31,901 nt of DNA from an uncultured Planctomycetia bacterium (GTDB taxonomy: Bacteria > Omnitrophota > Gorgyraeia > Kaelpiales > Kaelpiaceae), in the NCBI GenBank assembly GCA_964487065.1, contig CAZAPE010000004.1, forward strand, positions 1 through 31,901, in the 5' to 3' direction. Every line of letters starts with the position of its first letter. Position 1 is the stretch's first letter. Below are positions 1 to 7,991 of the stretch, piece after piece. Position numbers and translations under genes: made by a program. The notes under the pieces are model-generated. The model searched no databases. It saw only the letters and a program-made list of their open reading frames with translations, and was not told where the DNA came from.

Positions 1-106
1 TAACCTTCATAATTACTCTCCCTATTTTCTTCTATGCCGCTAAAGTTATGGAATATTTTTTAGCGTCTGCTGTAATAAAAATTAAGGAGAGTAATTATGC
101 AGGTTA
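1..106. repeat. Long inverted repeat: arms 1-21 and 86-106, 20/21 complementary, with an inner 7-bp stem 38-44/59-65
   Basis: TAACCTTCATAATTACTCTCC (1-21) is the reverse complement of GGAGAGTAATTATGCAGGTTA (86-106) except t7/c100. The right arm contains the RBS and ATG of the next gene. Confidence 0.9.
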
Positions 107-591
107 AAACTGCAATAAAAGAGAGGCGTTCAATACGCAACTTTACCAACAGACAGGTAAAAAAGAGCGCTATTTTAAAAATTCTCAATTCAGGTATCTG
201 GGCGCCTTCAGGGCTTAATAACCAGCCCTGGAAGTATAAAGTTTTAAAAGATAAAGCAAAGGACAAACTTGCTCAGTTTACTGAATATGCGCAGATTATA
301 AAAAATGTCCCGATTTGCATATGCGTATTTCTGAATCATGAGAGAAGCTATAACCGCGATAAGGATATTATGGCTCTCGGAGCCTCTATTCAGAATATGC
401 TCCTTTCTGCCTATGAGCTTGGTATTTCAAGCTGCTGGCTGGGTGAGATATTAAAGGAAAAAGATGTCGTAAGAAAAACTCTCAATCTGAGCGTGAGCCT
501 TGAGCTTATGGCTGTTGTTGTGTTGGGTTATGCTAAAAAGTATCCCGCAAAAGGAAAGCGGAAGAAGCTGAATTCATTTATTATAAAATAA
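97..591 (+). CDS. Nitroreductase-family flavoprotein
   Basis: RRSIRNF FMN-binding motif and WAPSGLNNQPW motif; GGAGAG RBS at 86-91. Confidence 0.9.
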   Translation: MQVKTAIKERRSIRNFTNRQVKKSAILKILNSGIWAPSGLNNQPWKYKVLKDKAKDKLAQFTEYAQIIKNVPICICVFLNHERSYNRDKDIMALGASIQNMLLSAYELGISSCWLGEILKEKDVVRKTLNLSVSLELMAVVVLGYAKKYPAKGKRKKLNSFIIK

Positions 592-598
592 ATTTAAT

Positions 599-627
599 TT
601 GACAGCAGTATCTGTAAATATCAAAAT
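599..627 (+). promoter_or_regulatory. Putative sigma70 promoter, probably giving a leaderless transcript
   Basis: TTGACA (599-604), 17 nt, CAAAAT (622-627), 6 nt, then ATG 634. No SD sequence. Confidence 0.5.
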
Positions 628-633
628 ATAAAA

Positions 634-1245
634 ATGGGTGTATTGAATAACATAGGGGTTTTACTAGGGAGTTCCTGGGCATCCGGGGTCAACCTTTATC
701 TAACTATTGCGGGCTTGGGTATTCTGGATAGAGTCGGGGCTCTGAATTTACCGGGAAATATGGAGAGTATTTCTAATCCACTTGTTATAGGGGTTGCAAT
801 TTTAATGTATGTTGTTGAATTTTTTGCCGATAAAATTCCATTTGTTGATTCTGCCTGGGATTCAATACATACATTTATAAGGCCTTTGGGCGCAGCTACC
901 CTTGCTTATATGGCTACTTCTGATATGGGCCCGGCATTGCAGATTCCGGTAGCTCTTCTGAGTGGAGGAATTGCGCTTGATTCACACCTTACGAAGGCAA
1001 CAGCCCGCGTTGCGATAAATACCTCTCCGGAGCCGGTTACTAATTCAGTCGCTTCTGTTACCGAAGACGGCTTAGTCATCGGAGTGCTCTGGCTTATCGT
1101 TAAACACCCTATTATAGCAACTATTGTAGTAATCTTATTCATTCTGTTTTCGATATGGTTTTTGAAGATGATGTACAGGTTTTTAAAAAAGTTATTCAGT
1201 TCCTTTAGCAGTAAAGCCAAAAGGAAACAAACAGCGAAACCATAA
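634..1245 (+). CDS. DUF4126-family integral membrane protein
   Basis: Motifs ASGVNLY, EFFADKIPFVDSAWDSIHTFIRP and SPEPVTNSVASVTED; several hydrophobic segments. Confidence 0.8.
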   Translation: MGVLNNIGVLLGSSWASGVNLYLTIAGLGILDRVGALNLPGNMESISNPLVIGVAILMYVVEFFADKIPFVDSAWDSIHTFIRPLGAATLAYMATSDMGPALQIPVALLSGGIALDSHLTKATARVAINTSPEPVTNSVASVTEDGLVIGVLWLIVKHPIIATIVVILFILFSIWFLKMMYRFLKKLFSSFSSKAKRKQTAKP

Positions 1246-1291
1246 ATTCCATATACTCAAAACTGACTAATTTAATAAATTTCTTTAGATT

Positions 1292-2515
1292 ATGAAAAAG
1301 AACAAGCCGGAATTGGTTTCTCCCGCAGGGAATTGGACTTCACTTTTAACAGCCATTGATAACGGGGCTGATAGTGTTTATTTTGGGATCAGAGGCTTTA
1401 ATATGCGCGAAAGAGCTTCGAATTTTGAAGTTAAGGAATTTAAAAAAATCATGCAAACTCTGCATAAGTCTAAGAAGAAAGGGTATCTTGCTCTCAATGT
1501 TATTGTAATGAATGAAGAGATAAGGAAAGTAAAGGACGTTCTATTGGCAGCTAAAGGAGCCGGGGTAGATGCAGTTATCCTCTGGGATATGGCAGTGCTA
1601 TCTCTTGCCGAGGATATGAAGATACCTGTTCATCTTTCTACTCAGGCAAGTGTTTCAAACGAAAAAGCATTGCATTTTTATTCAAAACTAGGAGTGAAAC
1701 GTATTATCCCAGCGCGGGAATGTACGATTTCGGATATAAAAAGAATGGTTTCATATGTCAGAAAAAAAAGACTTAAATGCGAAATAGAAACTTTTATACA
1801 CGGCGCTATGTGTTTGAGTATTTCAGGAAGGTGTTTTTTATCCAGTTATTCTTTTGCCTCCTCAGCCAATAAGGGGAAGTGTCTTCAGCCCTGCCGCAGG
1901 GAGTTTCTTATCAAAGAAAGCGATTCTGATAACGAATATATTTTAGGAAAAGATTATATTTTAAGCCCCCGAGACTTATGTACAATTGACTTTATAGATA
2001 GGCTGATTGAAATAGGCATAGATGCTTTCAAAATCGAAGGCAGAATGCGTTCGCCGGAATATAATAAAACAGTGACTTCCGTATATAGAGAAGCAATTGA
2101 TTTATATTTTAGAGGGGGCCTTTCGGATACGGTTAAAAAAGAGTTCAAGGAAAAACTAAAGTCTGTATATACCCGCGGTTTTTCAGAAGGATTTTATTTT
2201 GGTGCGCCTGCCGGAGAAAAGCAGAGTAGGAGTCTAGAGCATAAATATGAAAAGAAATTTTTAGGTATTGTAAAAAAATATTATAAAAAAATATCTGTTG
2301 CTGAGGTTCTAATATCCAGCGGGAGATTGAAAGAAAAGGATGCGTTATTATTTATGGGCGAAAATACACCAGCGCAGTTTTCCCGGGCAGAAGAGATGCA
2401 GCAAAACCATGCTTTTGTCAAAGAGGTAAGGAAGGGTGATTTTGTCGGTATAAAAGTGCCTTTTATATTAAAAAAGGGGGATAAGGTTTATCTTTGGCAG
2501 GAGAAAAATATATAG
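1292..2515 (+). CDS. Peptidase U32 family Fe-S protein (TrhP/YegQ-like, possible tRNA hydroxylase)
   Basis: PELVSPAG..GADSVYFG N-terminus; HGAMCLSISGRC..NKGKCLQPCRR Cys cluster; FKIEGRMRS; C-terminal beta domain. Confidence 0.88.
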   Translation: MKKNKPELVSPAGNWTSLLTAIDNGADSVYFGIRGFNMRERASNFEVKEFKKIMQTLHKSKKKGYLALNVIVMNEEIRKVKDVLLAAKGAGVDAVILWDMAVLSLAEDMKIPVHLSTQASVSNEKALHFYSKLGVKRIIPARECTISDIKRMVSYVRKKRLKCEIETFIHGAMCLSISGRCFLSSYSFASSANKGKCLQPCRREFLIKESDSDNEYILGKDYILSPRDLCTIDFIDRLIEIGIDAFKIEGRMRSPEYNKTVTSVYREAIDLYFRGGLSDTVKKEFKEKLKSVYTRGFSEGFYFGAPAGEKQSRSLEHKYEKKFLGIVKKYYKKISVAEVLISSGRLKEKDALLFMGENTPAQFSRAEEMQQNHAFVKEVRKGDFVGIKVPFILKKGDKVYLWQEKNI

Positions 2516-2597
2516 ATTTTTTAAGGATGACTTATTGTATGGAATGGCTTAGTATAATCTAAGAGGGCAGAAGCATAAAATGCCCGCGGAGGTGATT

Positions 2598-2771
2598 ATG
2601 TCTAAATTTTCAAAATTGTTTATAGCAGCTGCAGTCTTACTCATCATTGCAGCGGTAGTTATGCGTTTAACTATGACTTCTGTGGTTATTCATGAGTTGC
2701 CAATAAAAGCCAGCAGTGTCTTGGTCCTTGTGAATACATCCTTGCTTATCGCATTGTTGTTAAAAAAATAA
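2598..2771 (+). CDS. 57-aa hypothetical membrane protein with two hydrophobic helices
   Basis: Strong SD GGAGGTG (2588-2594) before ATG 2598; TATAAT at 2553-2558; two hydrophobic segments. Confidence 0.65.
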   Translation: MSKFSKLFIAAAVLLIIAAVVMRLTMTSVVIHELPIKASSVLVLVNTSLLIALLLKK

Positions 2772-2819
2772 ATTAGTTTAATTTATTTTCCACAATTTTT
2801 CTAAACAATAGGGTTTTCT

Positions 2820-3110
2820 GTGCTTAAGTGTAAAAAAATAAAAATTGCCAATAAATATGTTGAAGCAATATCACTCAGGCTTTGTTCTAAAAGCTTGATT
2901 ATCTTAAAAGGAAAAAAGGGCTATATAATGTGTGGATATTTAAATCTCAAAGCTGCAGAAAAGTTTAACGATGTGGCTGTAAAAGTAGTTTCGGTTTCGA
3001 GTATCGCAGATGTACTAAACGCAAAAGTAGCCGGCCTTACAACATCGGCAAAGAAAGCAGGCATATTAAAAGGTGAATCGATAAAAAGCGTACTTAAAAA
3101 AATAGCCTAA
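2820..3110 (+). CDS. YunC/DUF1805 family protein
   Basis: KGYIMCGYLN motif and family-like C-terminal pattern; 96 aa; GTG start. Confidence 0.75.
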   Translation: MLKCKKIKIANKYVEAISLRLCSKSLIILKGKKGYIMCGYLNLKAAEKFNDVAVKVVSVSSIADVLNAKVAGLTTSAKKAGILKGESIKSVLKKIA

Positions 3111-3123
3111 GGAAATTAAGGTC

Positions 3124-3390
3124 TTAATCTTTAGCTTTGTTTAAAAGCAGCCTTAATCTTGAAGCATGGCGGGAAGCTTTATTCTTATGAATGATATTTT
3201 TGCTTGCGCTCTGCATCAGTATTTTTTCTAAATCTCTTAGATATTCCTCTGCTTGGGGGAATTTCTTCTCCTCGATGAGCCCTCTGTAATTCTTTATTCG
3301 GGTTTTAAGCTCTGATCTAACAGCCTTATTTTCCGAATATTTTTTTCTACTTTTCTTTAATTGTTTTACAGCTGATTTTAAATTCGGCAT
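3124..3390 (-). CDS. rpsT: 30S ribosomal protein S20
   Basis: MPNLKSAVK..RSELKT..IIHKNKASRHASRL. SD GGAGG precedes ATG 3390, so the start is shortened from the ORF-track 3429. Confidence 0.95.
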   Translation of the reverse strand: MPNLKSAVKQLKKSRKKYSENKAVRSELKTRIKNYRGLIEEKKFPQAEEYLRDLEKILMQSASKNIIHKNKASRHASRLRLLLNKAKD

Positions 3391-3415
3391 TGCCAAACCT
3401 CCAAGTTTAGGTGAG

Positions 3416-3445
3416 AATATAGCATACATCGATTCAATTTGTCAA
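3416..3445 (-). promoter_or_regulatory. Putative sigma70 promoter of rpsT
   Basis: Minus strand: TTGACA (3445-3440), 18 nt, TATATT (3421-3416), with an extended -10 (TGc). Confidence 0.6.
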
Positions 3446-3467
3446 ACACTAAAAGATATCTGTTTTA

Positions 3468-3497
3468 TTGTTTTTTTATGTAAAAAGATGGTAGAAT
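3468..3497 (+). promoter_or_regulatory. Putative divergent promoter for murJ-uvrC-AGT
   Basis: TTGTTT (3468-3473), 18 nt, TAGAAT (3492-3497), with an extended -10 (TGg). Confidence 0.4.
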
Positions 3498-3532
3498 TTT
3501 TGAACTAAAATTAAATAGGTACTGTGTGAAGA

Positions 3533-5065
3533 GTGTTTAAGCAAATTTTACAGAAAACATTCAATATAGGCGTAGCCACTCTTTTCAGCAGGCTCCTGGG
3601 TTTTTTAAGAGATATTCTGATTGCTTTCTACTTTGGCACATCCTATAGCGCTGGAGCATTTTTCGTAGCATTCAGGCTTCCGAATATCTGGCGTAGCTTT
3701 GTGGGGGAAGAGGCTGTTAGTGCAGCAGTTGTGCCGGTGCTTTCTGAATATCATGCCAGGAATGATTCAAAATCTTTTTGGGGGCTGGCATACTCGTTAA
3801 TAAAGATCTCTTTTTTAATCCTTTCTTTAATTGCAATCGCAGGAGTCATCTTTGCTCCGGGCCTTGTGAGAATAATAGCGCCGGGTTTTAGTTATAATGC
3901 GGAAAAATACAGGCTTTGCGTTACTCTTACAAGATTGATCTTTCCTTATATTCTTCTAATCGGGATAACGGCAATAGTCGCAGGAATTGTGATGTCAGGT
4001 AAAGTTTTCTGGAGTTATTCCTGGGCTCCGGCGATACTAAATATTTCAATTATATCAAGCATACTTTTTTTAACTGGAAAGTTCGGAATATTTTCTCTTG
4101 CATACGGAATAATAATCGGAGGTATCTTAGAGGTTGTATTGCAGTTTGTCGCTCTTAGAAGACTACATCCCGATCGAATAAAAGCGCCGCTTTTTCACCC
4201 CCAGTATAAAAGAATTTTTTCCCTTCTTATTCCTCGTTTTTGCGGAGCTGGTATTTATCAGATAAATATATTCATAGATACAATATTAGCTTCGCTTGAA
4301 GGCATAGTGGGACAAGGCGGAATTGCAGGCCTCTATTATGCGCAAAGGTTTGTTCAGTTGCCTTTGGCGGTTTTTGCAACGGCAATGGCTACTGCGGTAT
4401 TGCCATTTTTTTCTGCCCAGGCTACTAACAAGAGTTTTGATAAATTGGGTGAGAATGTAGTTCTTTCTATACGTTGGGTATTATTTGTTATGGTTCCTGC
4501 GAGTTTGGGATTGATTATACTGGGGCGTGAGATTATCGCAACGGTTTTCCAGTATGGAGAGTTTACGGAATATTCTACGACGATCACATCTAAAGCTTTG
4601 CAGTTTTATGCTTTAGGGTTGGTGTTTTACGGCGGTATAAAAATTATGGTTGCGACTTTTTATGCCCTTCAGGATACGTTAACACCGGTAAAGGCATCGT
4701 TGTTTTCTTTGATTACCAATGTACTTTTAAGCGTAATTCTAATGTTTCCATTAAAACTCTCCGGGCTATGCCTGGCAACCTCAATAGCCGCTGGTTGCAA
4801 CTTTTTTATACTGTTTTGGAAATTAAATAAAAAAATAGATTTTAAATATAAAGAAGTTTTTAATTCGTTTAAGCGTGTATTTATATCAGCAGTTCTTATG
4901 GCTGTTGTATTGATAGTGCTTAAAAGGCCTGTTTATGAGTTTGTATCTTTTAAGGTGTTTTCGCTCCTTGTTCTTTTAATTATTGCTTCTTTAGCTTATT
5001 TGGCAGCAAGCTGTATTTTCAATCCCAGCCAAATAAAGTCGATATTAAAATGGATGAAAAGATAG
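3533..5065 (+). CDS. murJ: Lipid II flippase MurJ (MviN)
   Basis: SRLLGFLRD, AFRLPN and QLPLAVF motifs; 510 aa, polytopic membrane protein. Confidence 0.95.
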   Translation: MFKQILQKTFNIGVATLFSRLLGFLRDILIAFYFGTSYSAGAFFVAFRLPNIWRSFVGEEAVSAAVVPVLSEYHARNDSKSFWGLAYSLIKISFLILSLIAIAGVIFAPGLVRIIAPGFSYNAEKYRLCVTLTRLIFPYILLIGITAIVAGIVMSGKVFWSYSWAPAILNISIISSILFLTGKFGIFSLAYGIIIGGILEVVLQFVALRRLHPDRIKAPLFHPQYKRIFSLLIPRFCGAGIYQINIFIDTILASLEGIVGQGGIAGLYYAQRFVQLPLAVFATAMATAVLPFFSAQATNKSFDKLGENVVLSIRWVLFVMVPASLGLIILGREIIATVFQYGEFTEYSTTITSKALQFYALGLVFYGGIKIMVATFYALQDTLTPVKASLFSLITNVLLSVILMFPLKLSGLCLATSIAAGCNFFILFWKLNKKIDFKYKEVFNSFKRVFISAVLMAVVLIVLKRPVYEFVSFKVFSLLVLLIIASLAYLAASCIFNPSQIKSILKWMKR

Positions 5066-6456
5066 TAAATAGACTCCCTGATCTTCCGGGAGTGTATATC
5101 TTTAAAGATAAAAAGCAGAATGTACTTTATGTAGGGAAGGCTAATTCGATCCGCAAGCGTGTAAAAAACCATATCACGCAAAGTTATCAAATACCCAAAG
5201 AAGAAAATATCATTGCAAAGGTAGAAAAAATAGATTTTATTATTACAGCATCAGAATCCGAAGCATTAATACTGGAAGCATATCTAATTAAAAAGAAAAA
5301 ACCTTACTATAACGTTAATTTTAGGGATGATAAAACATACCCCTGGGTTAAAATTACGTTAAAAGATGAATTCCCGAGGATATTTATTACGCGTAGAAGG
5401 AAAGAAGACGGGTCGGTTTATTTAGGCCCTTATCCGAATGTGAAGAGTTTAAAAGAGTCTATCAAAATAGCGCGAACTGCGCTTGGTTTCCGGAGTTGCA
5501 GCAGATTTCCTAAAAAAGTATGTTTGCATTATCATATAAATCTTTGCCCGGCGCCATGTGCAGGTAAAATTTTAAAAAGCGAATACAGGCGCAATGTCAT
5601 TGCGTTTATAAGAATTTTACTTGGCGATGTCAATCAGGTTGTTGATGATTTTACTAAAAGTATGGATATCTTAGCCAAAGAGAATGATTTTGGAAAAGCA
5701 GCGCTCGTGCGTGATAAGCTTAAATCTTTAGGTGAAGTATCAGTTCTTTTCGGGGATGATAAAGGGATTAACACATTTCAAAATTTAAAACAGAAATTAG
5801 GTTTACCCTTTTTACCTCGAATTATTGATGCTGTTGATGTTTCTAATATTCAGGGGACTTCTGCGGCTGGTTCTATTGTGCGTTTCGCAAACGGTGAGCC
5901 GGATAAGAGATATTATCGTAAATTCAAAATAGAGAGGCAAAATATTGTAGATGATTACGAGATGATGGTAGAGATTGTAATTAGGCGTTACGCCAAAGCT
6001 TTAAAAGATAGGGAAGTTTTGCCTGATCTTTTGCAGTTGGACGGAGGTAAAGGCCATTTGGGCAGAGTCGATAAAGCATTGATGCAAAAGCTGAACCTCG
6101 ACTTGCCCCTAATAGCTTATGCCAAAGGCAGAGATATTATTTATTCTAAATATAAAACAGAGGCCATAAAATTTTCGGATGGTTCATCCGAGAAAAATAT
6201 TCTTCTAAAAATCAGAGATGAAGCGCATCGTTTTGCTGTGGGATATCATAAATATTTGAGGTCTAAAAAAATGAAAGAGTCTGTTTTTGATGATATACCC
6301 GGCATTGGAAAGGAGAGGGTAAGGCTTATTTTAAAAAAGCTCCAAGAAACAGGCAAACTCAAAGATTTAAGAGCTGCTGATTTAAAAAAAATTAAAGGCA
6401 TTGGAGATGTTTTAGCCGATAAAATTTATGAATATATCAGAGAAGAAAAGAGTTAA
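5050..6456 (+). CDS. uvrC: Excinuclease ABC subunit C (compact form)
   Basis: GIY-YIG domain (PGVYIFKD..YVGKA), Cys cluster CLHYHINLCPAPC, UVR domain, RNase H-like DGGKG and DEAHRFA, C-terminal HhH. Confidence 0.93.
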   Translation: MDEKIVNRLPDLPGVYIFKDKKQNVLYVGKANSIRKRVKNHITQSYQIPKEENIIAKVEKIDFIITASESEALILEAYLIKKKKPYYNVNFRDDKTYPWVKITLKDEFPRIFITRRRKEDGSVYLGPYPNVKSLKESIKIARTALGFRSCSRFPKKVCLHYHINLCPAPCAGKILKSEYRRNVIAFIRILLGDVNQVVDDFTKSMDILAKENDFGKAALVRDKLKSLGEVSVLFGDDKGINTFQNLKQKLGLPFLPRIIDAVDVSNIQGTSAAGSIVRFANGEPDKRYYRKFKIERQNIVDDYEMMVEIVIRRYAKALKDREVLPDLLQLDGGKGHLGRVDKALMQKLNLDLPLIAYAKGRDIIYSKYKTEAIKFSDGSSEKNILLKIRDEAHRFAVGYHKYLRSKKMKESVFDDIPGIGKERVRLILKKLQETGKLKDLRAADLKKIKGIGDVLADKIYEYIREEKS

Positions 6457-6742
6457 GAAGCTTATTAGAAATCTTTCGCAAAAAAAGAGGCGGGTTTTAT
6501 TGGCAACTTGCGATATTCCTTTTGGCGAAACTCGCAGCTACAAGTGGGTTGCTCTAAAGTCTGGAATTCCTTGTAATGCAAGGGAGGTAGGCAGAATATT
6601 GAGCCAGAATCCCTTTCCGTTTCTGATCCCCTGTCATAGGGTAATAAGGAGTGATGGCTCTCGCGGTGGTTTTATGTTTGGAACAAAGTTTAAAAAGCAG
6701 CTCTTGGATTTGGAAAACAGCATTAATTCATGTATAATGTAA
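6428..6742 (+). CDS. Single-domain O6-methylguanine-DNA methyltransferase (Ogt/MGMT C-terminal domain only)
   Basis: IPFGETRSY..AREVG..NP..IPCHRVI with the catalytic Cys present; overlaps the uvrC end by 29 nt. Confidence 0.85.
   Translation: MNISEKKRVKKLIRNLSQKKRRVLLATCDIPFGETRSYKWVALKSGIPCNAREVGRILSQNPFPFLIPCHRVIRSDGSRGGFMFGTKFKKQLLDLENSINSCIM
6710..6738 (+). promoter_or_regulatory. Putative sigma70 promoter for prfB-secA
   Basis: TTGGAA (6710-6715), 17 nt, TATAAT (6733-6738). Confidence 0.5.
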
Positions 6743-6895
6743 CATATGCTATCGCCGTTACGTTAGGCGTATACTTGTTAGATTATTAAATGGTTGTCGC
6801 ATTTTGTAAGATAGGTTAAAATTCTTAATATGATTTTGATTTTCAGAAAAATATTATCTTCGATATTAACACCAAAGGTGTACTAGGAGGTTTTA

Positions 6896-7973
6896 ATGAA
6901 AGATATTTTAGAAGACAGGATATTTAAGGTGAAAGAGAAATTTAAAGAACTCGGAGGTTTTCTTTAACCTTGAGAAGAAAAAAGAAAGAATAGATGAAAT
7001 AGAAGAAAAAATAGCCCAACCAGGGTTTTGGGATCAGAAAGGTAAAAACAGCGAAATTCTTCGGGAACTTAAAATACTCAAATCTGATTACGAAAAATTT
7101 AAAAATCTCAAAAGAGATATAAAAGATTTAGAAGAGCTTATAGCTTTATCCAGGGAGGAGGAGTGCATTTTATTAGATAAGGAAGTTTTTAAGATTGAGG
7201 TTGAACTGCAAGCTCTGGAGATGAGGGCGTATCTTAGCGCTGAGCATGATAAAAATAATGCTATTGTTGCGATTCATGCGGGCGCTGGAGGAACGGAATC
7301 CTGCGATTGGGCGCAAATGTTAATCAGAATGTATACCAGATGGGCAGAGGCTAAGAATTATAATATAGAGGTGCTTAATATTCTTCCCGGTGAAGAGGCA
7401 GGGATAAAGAATGCTACTTTTCTTATCAAGGGAGATTATGCCTACGGGTATTTAAAGGCTGAAAAAGGCGTGCATAGATTGGTGAGAATATCTCCTTTTG
7501 ATTCAAATAAGAGGCGCCATACCTCATTTGTTTTAATAGAGGTGATGCCTGAGGTTGAAGATATAGATGTAGTTGTGGATGACAAGGATTTGAAAATCGA
7601 TACCTATAGATCTTCCGGGGCCGGCGGGCAACATGTTAATGTTACTGATTCTGCAATAAGAATCACGCATCTGCCTTCCGGGACAGTGGTAGAATGCCAG
7701 AATGAGCGTTCGCAGCATAAAAATAAAGCTATTGCCATGAAGATATTAAGAGCCAAGCTTTATGAATTAGAAAAGCAGAAGCGGGAAGAAAAGATAGACC
7801 AGATGCGCGTTAAAGGGGATATTGGTTGGGGATATCAGATACGTTCTTACGTGCTGCATCCCTATACTATGGTTAAAGACCATAGGACTAATCTGGAGGT
7901 CGGTAACGCCCAAGGTGTTTTAGACGGGAATATTGATGGGTTTATAGAGGCATTTTTAAAAAAACAAAAATAA
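6896..7973 (+). CDS. prfB: Peptide chain release factor 2 with programmed +1 frameshift: join(6896..6964,6966..7973), about 358 aa
   Basis: SD AGGAGG 6885-6890 and ATG 6896. There are 23 codons ending CTT TAA. The +1 frame continues NLEKKKERIDEIEEKIAQPGFWD into the 7221 ORF, which has the SPF and GGQ motifs. Confidence 0.95.
6953..6968 (+). other. Programmed +1 ribosomal frameshift cassette GGAGGT-TTT-CTT-TAA-C
   Basis: Internal SD 3 nt before the CUU slippery codon, as in canonical prfB sites, but the stop is UAA rather than UGA. Confidence 0.92.
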
Positions 7974-7991
7974 TAATAACCTAATATTGCT

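Noticed and set aside
3-107. Open + strand frame TFIITLPIFFYAAKVMEYFLASAVIKIKESNYAG as the tail of an upstream gene
   Set aside because: Not listed as a CDS: only 34 codons are visible and it competes with the mirrored minus-strand start. It is kept as an alternative in the first finding.
2561-2597. Leader hairpin as a preQ1, SAM or guanidine riboswitch
   Set aside because: It lacks the conserved nucleotides I know for those classes and has only a 5-bp stem.
3391-3429. ORF-track upstream starts (rpsT 3429; also 2580, ilvE 17756, mlaE 24407, mlaF 25162)
   Set aside because: SD position, stop-start coupling or family N-termini favour 3390, 2598, 17762, 24437 and 25198.
5050-6456. UvrC about 130 aa shorter than E. 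coli UvrC, as a truncation
   Set aside because: All catalytic domains and motifs are present; only the central linker region is reduced.
7221-7973. prfB as a 250-aa gene or a pseudogene
   Set aside because: The upstream frames join through a canonical-geometry +1 frameshift to give full-length RF2.
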